A DNA stretch of 64,000 nucleotides, taken from NCBI GenBank assembly GCA_044230475.1, contig JBGARA010000002.1, positions 25,975-89,974 of the forward strand. The letters run 5' to 3'. Every line of letters begins with the position of its first letter. The stretch's first letter is position 1. Shown one piece after another: positions 10,075-20,536 of this stretch. The notes under the pieces are model-generated. The model did no database searches. It had not been told where the DNA came from and was given only the letters and a program-made list of their open reading frames with translations. The translations under genes and the position numbers were made by a program. Source of the stretch: Pyrinomonadaceae bacterium (lineage in GTDB: Bacteria > Acidobacteriota > Blastocatellia > Pyrinomonadales > Pyrinomonadaceae).

Positions 10075-10176
10075 ATTAAATCTTTTTCAACGCAGAGACG
10101 CCAAGATGCAGAGTTTATGAATTGTTTTCTTCGCGTCTTTTGTTTCTATGTGACTTTGTTTTAGAAATTCCTGACT

Positions 10177-10959
10177 ATGTCTAATTGCGAAACTATCACG
10201 GTCGAAAAGCGAGGGCGTGTTGCCGTTCTGACGATAAATCGTCCGGACAAACTCAACTCGCTCAGCAAACAGGTTCATGCAGAGGGTGTCGCGGCGCTTG
10301 ATGAATTAAAAAAGGATGATGGCGTTCGTGTTTTGGTGATTACCGGCGCGGGCGAGAAATCGTTCATCGCCGGTTCGGACATCAAAGAATTTGACGGTGA
10401 AACTCCGGTCACTCAACGCGATCTTTTTCATGAAAGTTCGCTCTATAATTCGATCGACTCGTTTCCAAAGCCGGTGATCGCGATGGTAAATGGATTTTGC
10501 CTCGGTGGCGGCAATGAGGTTGCGATGGCGTGCGACCTGCGAATGGCGAGCGAGACGGCCCGGTTTTCACAACCTGAGATCAACCTCGGCATCATTCCCG
10601 GAGGCGGCGGAACTCAGCGGCTGACAAACCTGGTAGGCGAGGGCCGCTCGATGGAAATGATATTGACCGGCGATATGATCGACGCCGCAACGGCTGAAAA
10701 GATCGGGCTAGTCAATCACGTTTACCCAGCCGAACAACTCGAAGCCGAGACGATGAAGCTTGCCGAAAAGATCGCCGAAAAGGCCCCTATTGCCCTAAAG
10801 CTTTGTAAGGAAGCCGTGAAATTTGCCTCACGCTCAAATCTGGACGAAGGGCTTCGGCGCGAGGTCGATCTATTTGCGATCTGCTTTTCGACCGAAGACA
10901 AAAAGGAAGGCGTAGCAGCATTCTTAGAAAAACGAAAGCCGGAATTTAAAGGCAAATAG
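10177..10959 (+). CDS. enoyl-CoA hydratase/isomerase (crotonase) family protein
   Basis: 260 aa. Crotonase motifs ITGAGEKSFIAGSDIKEF and NGFCLGGGNEVAMACDLR, with the oxyanion-hole glycine pattern. Confidence 0.9.
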   Translation: MSNCETITVEKRGRVAVLTINRPDKLNSLSKQVHAEGVAALDELKKDDGVRVLVITGAGEKSFIAGSDIKEFDGETPVTQRDLFHESSLYNSIDSFPKPVIAMVNGFCLGGGNEVAMACDLRMASETARFSQPEINLGIIPGGGGTQRLTNLVGEGRSMEMILTGDMIDAATAEKIGLVNHVYPAEQLEAETMKLAEKIAEKAPIALKLCKEAVKFASRSNLDEGLRREVDLFAICFSTEDKKEGVAAFLEKRKPEFKGK

Positions 10960-11026
10960 CCGTTCGATTAGATAGAAGAAACTTGACGGGTTCGGTCTTT
11001 TTCGCTAAATTCAAAGTTCCCGATAT

Positions 11027-11102
11027 GGGGACGTAGCTCAGCTGGGAGAGCGCTGCAATGGCATTGCAGAGGTCAGGGGTTCGATCCCCCTCGTCTCCAC
11101 CA
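11027..11102 (+). tRNA. tRNA-Ala (anticodon GGC), CCA encoded
   Basis: Folds by hand into a cloverleaf. Acceptor GGGGACG/CGTCTCC with the G3:U70 alanine identity pair. D arm GCTC-AGCTGGGA-GAGC. Anticodon stem CTGCA/TGCAG with loop ATGGCAT (anticodon GGC). T arm AGGGG-TTCGATC-CCCCT. 3-prime ACCA. Confidence 0.95.
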
Positions 11103-11150
11103 TTATGGTTTTACAAAGACAGGCTCGACGGCCTTTTTTGTTTGTTCGGA

Positions 11151-14015
11151 TCAATTGACCGGCGGGTCGGTTTGCAAGATCTCAATTTTGCCATCGTTAA
11201 GTGTTAGGAACGGATCGCCTTCGTTGAACATCATGCGTTCCCAGATAAGCGGCGAAACCAAGCCTGGTGTCCCAACCGCAGAGAAACGTAAATTCAAAAG
11301 CACTCCATCAGAATCGATAGGCAGCGGACCGTAAACCGCAACTCTTAGCAGCCCCGGCTCGGAAGCGTTCGCGACTACTTTGAGGCCGCGGCTGACGGTT
11401 CCGGCAAGATCGACCGCATTTTCCAAGGGCTGTATGACGAGAGGATCGTATCTCAGATCGAATTCGTAAGAAATCATATCTTTGCCCACTATTTCCTGAA
11501 CAACGACGGGTACGGCGACTTCAGAGCCCGCAGGGACCAAAAGTGAAGGGGTCGAAATGTCGATACTTTTTGCGGGTCCGCTGGTACTGCCGGGTCGGGC
11601 ACCGGTATTATTCCAGTTTCCAGAGACTTCACCCAAAAGCGTTGCCGAATAATCAGCACCTGTGATGTTCAAACTGGTAAGGTTGTATGTTCTGTTTGCC
11701 GGACTAAACGTCCATTGGCCGGTCAAACCATACGGCGGCATATTGGTTGTATAACGGGCAACCTGTGCCGCATCAAAAGAATTAACACTCCCGTTTCCGC
11801 TGACATCTGCTGCAATTTGCTGAGCCTGAGTGAAAGTGGCGTTACTGGTTACAAACTGAGCTATTCGAGCAGCGTCAAATGAATTTATCGCGCCGTTCTG
11901 TCCGCCGATCTTTGATGGAGTTATTGTGTATTGGCCGAGCCCAACGCCTAATGAATACGTTCCTGACGGAAAGGTTGTAAGCGCAAAGGACGGCGGAGCC
12001 CCGTTGGCGTTGATTCTTACGTTGGAGACATAACGAGTGCTAGGTGAGCCAACCGCATTATTGTATGTTACAGTGCCGTCGACAAAAGAAATAGGCGTTG
12101 GGGTCGGCGTAAATGTGGCCGTCGGAGTAAAAGTTGCTGTTGGCGTAAAGGTTGCCGTCGAAGTACTTGTTGGCGACGGGGTGATTGGCGCGGATAAGTC
12201 GGGCAGTACGATAAACACACCAAACTGAGGCAATGTTGTGGGTGGTGTAAATGCTGCTCCTACAGGCGTCGCGACCGATAGAGAATTCCCGGTTAATGGA
12301 AGGCTTATGGTCGGTGATGCCGAGTTGTAAGTATTCTTGGCCACAGTGGGGCCGTTGTAACTAAACGCATTTTTGATCGAGTAGGCCTGTCCGTTTGCTA
12401 ACCCTACCGAGCTGAGGTTTACGCTAATTGACGAGGCTGTGGACGAAGTGTAAACAATAATATTTGCACGTCCGGTGTCGTATGCATTCGGACGAACAAT
12501 GACCGTATCCGGCATCGCATTGCTTGAGGCCATGCTCGCGGCATCGAAGCCGGTTGCTGTTCTCCACGAGCTGAATGTTAGGTTCTGTGAGATCGTACTA
12601 TCACCGAACTCATGCGAGGTGGGTTGAACGGAATAATAACTATTATTGTTGACCTCGTGAGGAAGTTCCTCAGACTGGATATTAACCCCCAGGGTATTTG
12701 TAGTATAAAATCTGTTGCCAGTAGCCGTAGCCCTTGCGACATCTAGTAATTCCAGTCCAATACCGCCGCCGCCTACAAAGTAATTGTCCAAGACCCGCCC
12801 AGTATCTGCACCGGCCCCATAACCGAGTGTCAAGTTGTAGCCGTTCATGGTATGGGGGTGGAAGAAATAGTTGCTCTGTACCAGAATGTCGGTGATCCTC
12901 TGTGTTTCCGTGCCGACGAGCAGATTATGATGCCGCCAAGGAAAGCCTAACGGCGATCCGGAATTTGCAAATACGTTGCCCTGAATATCACCGCCGGGAT
13001 AAGTAGACGTTCTGCCGTAACACTGCACTCCAAGCCCAAAATTGTTAAGAACAATATTGTCCCGTATCCGCGAAAAACCAGAGGCATTTTCTAGATACAT
13101 CCCGTGGCCTTTGCCCTGGTCTGTGCCGTCAAACATGCCGTTGTTGTAGCTAAGGCATCCGTAAGCCTCGGTATCGGAGCTTGAACTGCCGGTAAAGATG
13201 CCGTTCAAATTATCGTGAACGATAAGATTGACGAATTTGTTGCCGTTTCCGGTATTGAAGATACCGGTTCCGCGCAGGCCTTCGGCGCCGTCCGTTAGCC
13301 AGTTTCGCAACGGGTCACTATTTTTTATCTCAATGTCCTGATAAGTCGTGTTATTGCCGATGGTAGAAAGCTGATTACCCGCAAGTCTTACGACTGTTCC
13401 GCTGAGATGTGGGACGGCAAGCGTGCTGCTGCCCGCTGCAGCTCGGTTTACCCTGATGGAGTTGCCCGTAATCCCGTTAATGTAAAGTGCTTCTCCATCA
13501 ATTATTAAGGAAGTCGCTGCACCCTCGCGCCAAGGTGTGACAAATGCAGAGGCATCCTCAACCGTTATCGTCGCTTGCAAATCGTCTATTGCCCCCACAA
13601 GAGTCGTGTAAACATATCCATCGATAACTGGAAAAGCATTAGCGGCCGCGCGAACGGTGCCTCCATTCAACATGGATCTGAATTTGCCTCTATAGGTGCC
13701 ATCCTGCAGACAGAGAGTCTTACCCGCAACTATGGACGTTGTTTTGTTGAGCGCCGTTTGAAGATTCCACGGATTTGTAATGGTGCCGCTGCCGTTAGAA
13801 AAGCCAGTCGGCGATGCATAGTAATCACACGTCGGCGGTGCAAATGGAATCGGCTCGACATTAGTAATATTACTGATTGTAGTATCAGCTTTTACGACAG
13901 AATTATATCTTTGAAGTACTAAGGCGAGCACTATCAGAAGACACACTCCTAGCCATCGGACAGACAGCATCCGAGTGCTTGGCGCGGAGCATAGCGCAGA
14001 AAATCGAATCATCAC
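11151..14015 (-). CDS. secreted right-handed beta-helix protein with Thr/Pro linker, dockerin-like repeats and C-terminal cohesin-like domain
   Basis: 954 aa. Signal-like LGVCLLIVLALVLQ (the alternative start MLSVRW at 13970 is possible). Repetitive N/G/I-rich segments (DIEIKNS, NLIVHDN, NIVLNN, NVFANSG) are typical of parallel beta-helix repeats. Linker PSPTSTSTATFTPTATFTPTATFTPTPTP. DVSGNGSVNSFDAAQVARY plus NGAINSFDAARIAQF resemble dockerin Ca-loop/helix repeats. The C-terminal ~140 aa (VAVPVVVQEI..ISYEFDLRYDPLVIQP) resemble a cohesin. Confidence 0.8.
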   Translation of the reverse strand: MMIRFSALCSAPSTRMLSVRWLGVCLLIVLALVLQRYNSVVKADTTISNITNVEPIPFAPPTCDYYASPTGFSNGSGTITNPWNLQTALNKTTSIVAGKTLCLQDGTYRGKFRSMLNGGTVRAAANAFPVIDGYVYTTLVGAIDDLQATITVEDASAFVTPWREGAATSLIIDGEALYINGITGNSIRVNRAAAGSSTLAVPHLSGTVVRLAGNQLSTIGNNTTYQDIEIKNSDPLRNWLTDGAEGLRGTGIFNTGNGNKFVNLIVHDNLNGIFTGSSSSDTEAYGCLSYNNGMFDGTDQGKGHGMYLENASGFSRIRDNIVLNNFGLGVQCYGRTSTYPGGDIQGNVFANSGSPLGFPWRHHNLLVGTETQRITDILVQSNYFFHPHTMNGYNLTLGYGAGADTGRVLDNYFVGGGGIGLELLDVARATATGNRFYTTNTLGVNIQSEELPHEVNNNSYYSVQPTSHEFGDSTISQNLTFSSWRTATGFDAASMASSNAMPDTVIVRPNAYDTGRANIIVYTSSTASSISVNLSSVGLANGQAYSIKNAFSYNGPTVAKNTYNSASPTISLPLTGNSLSVATPVGAAFTPPTTLPQFGVFIVLPDLSAPITPSPTSTSTATFTPTATFTPTATFTPTPTPISFVDGTVTYNNAVGSPSTRYVSNVRINANGAPPSFALTTFPSGTYSLGVGLGQYTITPSKIGGQNGAINSFDAARIAQFVTSNATFTQAQQIAADVSGNGSVNSFDAAQVARYTTNMPPYGLTGQWTFSPANRTYNLTSLNITGADYSATLLGEVSGNWNNTGARPGSTSGPAKSIDISTPSLLVPAGSEVAVPVVVQEIVGKDMISYEFDLRYDPLVIQPLENAVDLAGTVSRGLKVVANASEPGLLRVAVYGPLPIDSDGVLLNLRFSAVGTPGLVSPLIWERMMFNEGDPFLTLNDGKIEILQTDPPVN
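12105..12158 (-). repeat. 3 x 18-bp imperfect tandem repeat encoding (T-A-T-F-T-P)x3 in the linker of the beta-helix protein
   Basis: Units 12141-12158, 12123-12140 and 12105-12122 (tggcgtaaaggttgccgt / cggagtaaaagttgctgt / cggcgtaaatgtggccgt on the + strand) differ mainly at third codon positions. Confidence 0.8.
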
Positions 14016-14291
14016 CTTTACAGGGTCCTGTTAGGATATCAAAAAATACATCTCTGTCCAATAAAATGAGGGTATATGCCCGGGACGGCGAGCGGGTTCC
14101 CTATGATCGACCGTCTCTCATTTTATTTCTTTAAAGATCCTATCGCCGCCCATTTTATTGCGGCGAGCACCATAAACTATCACATTGATGTTTGATTTGA
14201 AACACCAATGTGTCCGATCTGACTTGATTTTCTTATTTCGACGTTCTTTTCCGAAGACGACGAGTTTCCCATCTCTGACGATGAAAAAAAG

Positions 14292-17200
14292 CTATTTTGC
14301 AGGCGGATCGTCGGAAACCTGGAAGAAATCACCGGCGCCGTCGTTAGTTTTTAGCAGGCGCATGACATCCTCGTAACCGAATGGGTGGGCCCCGCGACGG
14401 CCAAAAACGGCGATCTGGTTGCCGCTTTCGTCGGCTGCACGGTCGCGGTCGAGTCCTTTGGAGATGCCGACGGCTTCGCCCTTGGTCTTGAAAGTGGCGA
14501 TGAGCTTCGGCTCAGGACGCGGGCTGAAACCGGAGAATGTGGGCATAGTTTCGGGATCGGTAAGCTGGAGGATTTTGAGGCCGTTTTTGCCGTCAGCGAC
14601 GTAGCCGTAAAGGCTGGCGTTGGTCATCGCAACCTTGATCGAATGAGCGTCGTTTATCGAACCGTCTGCATTAAATGTTTGATCAAGCTTGGGCTGTTCG
14701 GGCTTTTCCACATCGATTATCGCAATGCCATCTTCGCCATTTGCAACGTAAGCGTAGGTGCGGGCGACGTAAATATCATGAGCGTGTGAGAGCCGCACTT
14801 CTGATCCTTCGACTTTACGGACCTCGCCGGTGGACTGAAGGTTTTTGATATCGAGTACCTCCATTCCGTCAGCATCGACGACGAATGCGTACATGAACTG
14901 CACAGCAACCGCTTTCGGATGGTTTAAGGGAACCTGTGCCGCAACTTTTGGTTGAAGCGGCGTCGAAAGATCGACGATCACAAGAGCTGTGTCAGTCGTA
15001 ATGTAAGCAAAGTTACCGGCGATTGTTATGTTGTTGGCACCATTAAGAGCGCCCTCAGGATTAAAGGTCACGGCACGTTTCAGGAAATTGTTTTGCGGGT
15101 CGCCGTCGAGCAGCGTTGCCGCATTGACCAGGATCAAACCTTCATATTTATCGGCGACAAAAAGATAGGCGTACAAAGGATGTATCGGGCCTTCCTCGTT
15201 GATCGCAGGACGCGGCTTGCCTAGTTTGTCAGCCTCGGCGTTCAGGCGTAATGCTTCGTCGGGGGGCACTTGTTTTAGCGTCCCGTCTTCATTGCGAACG
15301 GTTCGCCATCGTGCGGGATCGACCGCCAAAGTCGAAGGCGCTGCAACCGCAGCGGCGTATTTTGTCGGGACGTAAAACTTTTGGCCGATCGGCGAGACAG
15401 GTGCGGTGGTTATTCGTTCGGAAAATCCTTTGTGATCGATCTGAGCGATGTCATAAACGCGCAGGCCGCCCTTTCCTGCTGCAACGTAGGCATATTCGCC
15501 ACGCGTCTGCACCTGCAAAACTTCGGGACGGCCTTTGTTTTCGTAAACTTCTTCCAATTCGCGTCCATCGGCAACAAACTTATCGTAATTGTCCTTATAA
15601 GCAAGTTTATGAAGGTTGCTGCCATAGACGGCCTGCGGCTCGGTGTGTTCGGTGACGGCGACGGCTTCTAGTGCGTCGGTTGCGGCTATGTACACGTAGC
15701 GGCCCATGAAGTTGACGAAGTTCGTTCCTTGCAGCATGACCTGGGCGAGCCATGCATTGTTGTCTTTGTCTTTTGAAACGTGACAGTTTGAGCACGTCTG
15801 AGTTTCTTTGCCGCGAACGGTGTGCGGCACATGTGTATTGAACGCCTGACCCGAAAAACCTTCAGCAGAAATTGTTTGCTGCTGGCTGTAGATCCATTCG
15901 CGGTTCTGGTTTCTTGAGCTGACAAGAACTGCCGAACGCGAAGCAACTGGTGCAACGCGATGGCCTGTTACCGTCCCGTCGATACCGAGCATGAAAATAT
16001 CGTCACGCAGAACCTGAAAATTGTAAGACGTAAAGTTACGCGAATCGCCCCCCTCGTTATGGCGGTTTGGCATTTTGCGATTAGCTTCCATGGAAAGGTG
16101 ACAGCCGAAACAGCTCGTAACCCACGAGGTATGACACGCGTAGCAGGTCATGTTGCTGTCACGATGCGCGAGTTTGTCGTCACCGACAGCGGAATCACCC
16201 CAAGTCGCATTGTCTTTTTGGATCGTCTTAGCGTAAGCGGACGCAGGATTATAATCGCGGTTTCCTTCAGTTACGGTATCAGTCGTTTGTTTGACCCGCC
16301 ACCACAAGTCGGGATCGACGATCGAGTTTTGAACGATGTCGCCTTTTTTGAGGGCGATATCGCGACCGGCCGAATTCTTTCGTTTTGTATCAGCCTTAAT
16401 AACTTCGAGTATGAATTTCTGTTTTCCGTCAGGCGCCCGGAACTTGAGACGTGTCAGATCGCGTCCTATCAATGGCCTGCCGTCTTTGTTTCTGGCATTG
16501 ATCTCTGCCTTGTTTGTTGTTTGCATGGCAGCAAAGCCGCTCGTGATACCGTTGGCTTTTGCCTTAACCGTACCGTGGCAATCTACACAGCCGACTTCGA
16601 CCGCCGCTCGCGGTTCGTTGTAAAGAATGCCGGTGCCGTGGCTGTCTTGTTGAAAGTGACAGTCGGCACAGTGCATTCCTTTTTCGAGGTGAATGTCTTG
16701 AAGATGAACAGCTTTCTTAAATTTATCAGGATCGTTCGCGTCAACCACGCGTCCGCCAACATCAAGCAGGTTTCCTTTGCGATCTTTCTTGTAAACGTTT
16801 TTGAATACCCATCCGTGGCCGTGCGAATCGGCAAATTGAACATTTCTTAACTTGGCGTTGAAATCCGCCGTGCCTGTCTGCTGCAAGAAAACAGAATCGG
16901 ACCAAAGGCCACGAAGCGAGGACCCTTCAGGGTTTTTGTCGAGCTTTTCTTTTTCTTCTGACTGGCTCGGGTTGATCTGTTTGTCCGACGGATACATCAT
17001 CTTGCCGTCGGTCTCATTGTCCCACCACATCTGGCCGAGATACGTGGCAACCATGTTGGTGCCAGGATGCATGTGACATGTCATGCACTGAGACGTTGGA
17101 ATATTTGACGTGAATTGATGCTTGATCGGATGACCGGGTTCATTCTTAGGAATCTTTGTATCTGCCGACTGCGAAAATCCTTGATTTCCAGCAGTCGCGT

Positions 17201-18251
17201 AAGGCCCGGACGCTTTTTTGCTTGTGTCGTTTGCGTAAATGACGTGACAAGCCGTGCATCCCGCCGAGCGATAATCACCGGCATGGTCGTTAGTGCCGAG
17301 AAAATTAAGAGTCGGATCGAGTAAGCGCGTTTTTTGCAGGCCGAGATAGACCGGATCCGTTCGATTGTTTGTACCGAGGCCGCGCGGACTCAGGCCTTTG
17401 TCCGGCTTGCCGTTATCTTCGTCTCTGTCAGGATTGCCAAGTTCGAGGCGCCGTTTCCCACCGCGCTCAAAGACGCGAAGAATATTACCCGGCTGTGATA
17501 TTTCCCAACGCGGCAGCGGGTAGAGCGATTCAAGAAAGCCTTCCTTTGCCTGCTGTTCGCGAGTTGCTGCAGGCGATTGAAACAGCGCCTGCGGCTTGCC
17601 GTCCTCGCTATAGCTTTCCCCAAAATGAGTGTCCTTGATCGGAAATCCGCTGTTGTTATAAAGTGCCGCTCCCCACAACATAGCGCCGTGTGCCATCATG
17701 CTGCGCGGGCTGCGGCGAACTTCTTCGGTATGACAGCTACCACATGTCTGGCTGATAACACGAAAATCGCCGGGATTGATAAAGCGGACAAAATCGCGGC
17801 TTTCTTTTGCAAGCAGTGAGTTTGTTCGCTCGGGATTTTTGCTCGAACATTCGCCATTTTTACAGCCCCATTCTTTTGGGAAAAGCGGCTGGACATGAGC
17901 TTCTTTCTGGGTTGTTGCCGCAGGGTTACCACCGTGGCACGCGGTGCAGCTTAAGTCCTGGGCATCTTTTCCGTTCTTTAGGGTTTCGTAAACATCACCG
18001 CTGCTGTTGAATTTGTGCATCGGCTCGATGTTGTTGTGGCATTTTAGACAGCCTTCCATGGGAGCTTCATCAACCGTCTTTGGAGGTGCCGGGGCAGCGG
18101 GCAGAATTTGACGATTGGTCCTAGAAACGGGTGGATTGTCATTTATCTTTGCGAGAGCCGAGCCTTTCCATGCGGCAGCAGCCAAAAAACAGGCAAAAAT
18201 AAGCAGGACGGTCAGCTTGATCCGATTATTTGTGCTTCTACCTGCGGACAT
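14292..18251 (-). CDS. decahaem c-type cytochrome fused to a C-terminal LVIVD-repeat beta-propeller
   Basis: 1319 aa. Signal peptide ([22 protein letters not shown]). Ten CxxCH motifs: CLKCH, CTACH, CGSCH, CTACH, CMTCH, CADCH, CVDCH, CYACH, CFGCH, CSNCH. The last ~480 aa carry repeated LVIVD-type strands ([50 protein letters not shown]). Confidence 0.9.
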   Translation of the reverse strand: MSAGRSTNNRIKLTVLLIFACFLAAAAWKGSALAKINDNPPVSRTNRQILPAAPAPPKTVDEAPMEGCLKCHNNIEPMHKFNSSGDVYETLKNGKDAQDLSCTACHGGNPAATTQKEAHVQPLFPKEWGCKNGECSSKNPERTNSLLAKESRDFVRFINPGDFRVISQTCGSCHTEEVRRSPRSMMAHGAMLWGAALYNNSGFPIKDTHFGESYSEDGKPQALFQSPAATREQQAKEGFLESLYPLPRWEISQPGNILRVFERGGKRRLELGNPDRDEDNGKPDKGLSPRGLGTNNRTDPVYLGLQKTRLLDPTLNFLGTNDHAGDYRSAGCTACHVIYANDTSKKASGPYATAGNQGFSQSADTKIPKNEPGHPIKHQFTSNIPTSQCMTCHMHPGTNMVATYLGQMWWDNETDGKMMYPSDKQINPSQSEEKEKLDKNPEGSSLRGLWSDSVFLQQTGTADFNAKLRNVQFADSHGHGWVFKNVYKKDRKGNLLDVGGRVVDANDPDKFKKAVHLQDIHLEKGMHCADCHFQQDSHGTGILYNEPRAAVEVGCVDCHGTVKAKANGITSGFAAMQTTNKAEINARNKDGRPLIGRDLTRLKFRAPDGKQKFILEVIKADTKRKNSAGRDIALKKGDIVQNSIVDPDLWWRVKQTTDTVTEGNRDYNPASAYAKTIQKDNATWGDSAVGDDKLAHRDSNMTCYACHTSWVTSCFGCHLSMEANRKMPNRHNEGGDSRNFTSYNFQVLRDDIFMLGIDGTVTGHRVAPVASRSAVLVSSRNQNREWIYSQQQTISAEGFSGQAFNTHVPHTVRGKETQTCSNCHVSKDKDNNAWLAQVMLQGTNFVNFMGRYVYIAATDALEAVAVTEHTEPQAVYGSNLHKLAYKDNYDKFVADGRELEEVYENKGRPEVLQVQTRGEYAYVAAGKGGLRVYDIAQIDHKGFSERITTAPVSPIGQKFYVPTKYAAAVAAPSTLAVDPARWRTVRNEDGTLKQVPPDEALRLNAEADKLGKPRPAINEEGPIHPLYAYLFVADKYEGLILVNAATLLDGDPQNNFLKRAVTFNPEGALNGANNITIAGNFAYITTDTALVIVDLSTPLQPKVAAQVPLNHPKAVAVQFMYAFVVDADGMEVLDIKNLQSTGEVRKVEGSEVRLSHAHDIYVARTYAYVANGEDGIAIIDVEKPEQPKLDQTFNADGSINDAHSIKVAMTNASLYGYVADGKNGLKILQLTDPETMPTFSGFSPRPEPKLIATFKTKGEAVGISKGLDRDRAADESGNQIAVFGRRGAHPFGYEDVMRLLKTNDGAGDFFQVSDDPPAK

Positions 18252-18270
18252 TACCTCACTCCTTAACGTG

Positions 18271-20385
18271 TTAAAAAATCAGTTTCATCTGGCTAAACAG
18301 CGAATACTGCGGCTTTGACGGATTAACAATATCGTCGTTAGAGCAAAAATTCGGTATCGGGCAGTTACGCGGTTTGTCGGTGTAAATATCCTTAAATCCT
18401 TTACCGGCAAAAAAGACGCTGCCGCCGAATGTGAACGTCACGTTGTTTATCAACCACGGGCGATAAACGACTCCGAGGCTTAAGTCGCCGCCGATCTCGT
18501 GACGAACACGCGGTTGAAATAACACATACTCAATGGATTCGGTGCGATGAAAGCGAAGATAGTTTGCATTGAACACCGCCTTGACGGTTTGCGTTATTTC
18601 AGCGTCGGCTCCGAGATTGAATATCTCGATGCCCGGGTTGACGAAATTAGCCTGACCCTCGGTCTTGCTCGACCGCAGACTTGGCAAAAGACTGTTGCCC
18701 TGAACTAATCCCACTTCGGTCGATACGAGACGAATTCCTTGTCGATTCCAGTATGAGAACTGTCCGCCGACAAAATTGGGGTCATCCAGGATCGCATCAA
18801 AGCCGTTCGCTTTGTTATCAGTCGGATCGCTGTCACCCGATGCAAAGAAAAACGATGCGCGATAACGCAGCCAGTCGCGATCTATCGATGCTTCGACGGC
18901 CGCCATGTGGGCCTTGATGTCGGTACGCTTTCCGGCTATCGGACTGAAGTCGTCGCGGCCAAATGCGAAATAATATGAATTAGACAGGTTAAGCAAACCG
19001 ATGTGGCCGTCACCGTTGAAACCAACATAACCTGCCTTGACGTTGTGCTCGCGGGCACTGCCGATCAACGCGGGACGAACGAGAAAGCCGTTCTCGTCAT
19101 AGTGAATACGCCCGCGGTCGTCGTTATATGCCGCGATGCCCTGGATCGTATAGCCTTTTGTTAAAAAGTCCTGATGGTAAAAATTGCCGATGAAAACATT
19201 CTGACGTCGCAAGTGAAATGTGTTCAGGCCGCTGTTCGTGTCTTTTTCAAGCTGATTAAAATAGGCTAGATTGAACTGATTCTTATTATTTGAAAACGCT
19301 CCGAAAAACCTGGCTCCTAAGTTATTGTCCGAATATAAAAATCCGCGAAAGTCAGCATTGAAGGACTGAATTCCAGCACGGACGAATGCCGCGTCGTAGT
19401 TGTCGTTTGTGTCGAATAGCTTCACTTCGGCAAAAGCGTCTTCGAGCGATGCGTGATAGTCGGTCCGTGTCGTTCCTCGGCGAACATCAATATTCACAAT
19501 GCCGTTTTCGCGGGCGTTGAGATAATTAGGAACGCTGAATGTCGGTGAAATTTTAATAGCCCAAGTTCGCGGACGGAAAACGGTGTCGCCCTTAAAAAAC
19601 TCGAATGACAGCTGAAGCGTTTCATTGATCGAAAGACTTTCCGGGCGGCCAAAAAAATTATTGCTGTTCGGGTCCGCTGTGCTGACATTGTTTCCCGAAG
19701 GCGTTCGTCGAATTTCGATGCCCGTCGTGCTGGTGCCGGACAAGATCATGAAATATTTGTCGCCGATGATCGGGAAATCGCCTTTTAGAACGTTCCTGTC
19801 GTAAGGGTTGTACCATGCATTTCGTCTGAAGGGGATATCACGTCCACGAGCTCCCTTGTCGCCGTAGCGATCGTATTCCGGAAACTCATAACGCCAGCGG
19901 TCGCGTACCTCGCGACGGTCGGGGATGTTTTTTGAGGCAGCCTCTGTTTTGCCGTCATCCTCAGGCTTTACTGCACTTGTATTTGCCGCCTTAAAGTCTA
20001 TCTTTCGCTCGCCGCCGTCGATGATTACGTTTTCGAGGATGGGGCATTTTTCTTTTTTCCTGTCACAGAAGACGTTGGAAAACACGCCGTATTCTACGGT
20101 CTTGCCCGGGTCAAAACGCGCTTCGAAAGGCGGAGCGACCGTTATGCGGTAAGCACCGGCTCGAAGCCGGAATGAATACTGACCGTCAGATCTAGTTACG
20201 CGCCGTTCATCATCTCCCGAGGTTTGATCCGTGACGATCACTGTGACGCCAGCGACAGGATTGCCATTTTCGTCAACGACTTTTCCGGTAAGCCGTCCGC
20301 CGGACGACTGGGCATAGTTAGTCGAAACTATTGATAAACCAAATAGGGCGAGAAAAAGAACAGTTTTCGGAAAACTCAACGACAT
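18271..20385 (-). CDS. outer-membrane beta-barrel protein with N-terminal carboxypeptidase-regulatory-like domain
   Basis: 704 aa. Signal peptide, then [24 protein letters not shown] (CarboxypepD_reg-like). Long alternating-hydrophobicity, Tyr/Gly/Asn-rich sequence. C-terminal ...SQMKLIF ends in Phe as in OM barrels. Stop lies 19 nt before the decahaem gene. Confidence 0.8.
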   Translation of the reverse strand: MSLSFPKTVLFLALFGLSIVSTNYAQSSGGRLTGKVVDENGNPVAGVTVIVTDQTSGDDERRVTRSDGQYSFRLRAGAYRITVAPPFEARFDPGKTVEYGVFSNVFCDRKKEKCPILENVIIDGGERKIDFKAANTSAVKPEDDGKTEAASKNIPDRREVRDRWRYEFPEYDRYGDKGARGRDIPFRRNAWYNPYDRNVLKGDFPIIGDKYFMILSGTSTTGIEIRRTPSGNNVSTADPNSNNFFGRPESLSINETLQLSFEFFKGDTVFRPRTWAIKISPTFSVPNYLNARENGIVNIDVRRGTTRTDYHASLEDAFAEVKLFDTNDNYDAAFVRAGIQSFNADFRGFLYSDNNLGARFFGAFSNNKNQFNLAYFNQLEKDTNSGLNTFHLRRQNVFIGNFYHQDFLTKGYTIQGIAAYNDDRGRIHYDENGFLVRPALIGSAREHNVKAGYVGFNGDGHIGLLNLSNSYYFAFGRDDFSPIAGKRTDIKAHMAAVEASIDRDWLRYRASFFFASGDSDPTDNKANGFDAILDDPNFVGGQFSYWNRQGIRLVSTEVGLVQGNSLLPSLRSSKTEGQANFVNPGIEIFNLGADAEITQTVKAVFNANYLRFHRTESIEYVLFQPRVRHEIGGDLSLGVVYRPWLINNVTFTFGGSVFFAGKGFKDIYTDKPRNCPIPNFCSNDDIVNPSKPQYSLFSQMKLIF

Positions 20386-20536
20386 AGCGCAAATTATTCC
20401 AACAACGTGCAGGAGACAATAAATTAAAATATCTTCTAGGGTAAGTTACTGATAGTGTTTGTAACACAGTTTACGCCAAAAACCAAACACTAAATAACTT
20501 GACTATCGCGGACGTTTGTATAATAGTCAGAAAATC

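Noticed and set aside
10075-10176. AGACGC...GCGTCT inverted repeat followed by TTTTGTTT after the PilZ gene as a terminator
   Set aside because: It has a 6-bp stem with a loop of about 35 nt, too weak to report as a feature.
12037-12228. Plus-strand ORF with a VGV/AVG repeat product
   Set aside because: It is the antisense reading of the Thr/Pro linker repeat in the 954-aa gene.
11027-14291. tRNA-Ala as the integration site of a genomic island covering the beta-helix gene and redox cluster
   Set aside because: I could find no integrase, recombinase, transposase or duplicated tRNA 3-prime segment. The island idea rests only on accessory-looking gene content.
14385-18010. Numerous plus-strand ORFs (e.g. 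15960..16850, 296 aa; 15251..15655; 14385..14789) inside the decahaem gene
   Set aside because: All lie antisense to a 1319-aa ORF with ten CxxCH motifs and propeller repeats. None has motifs or plausible composition.
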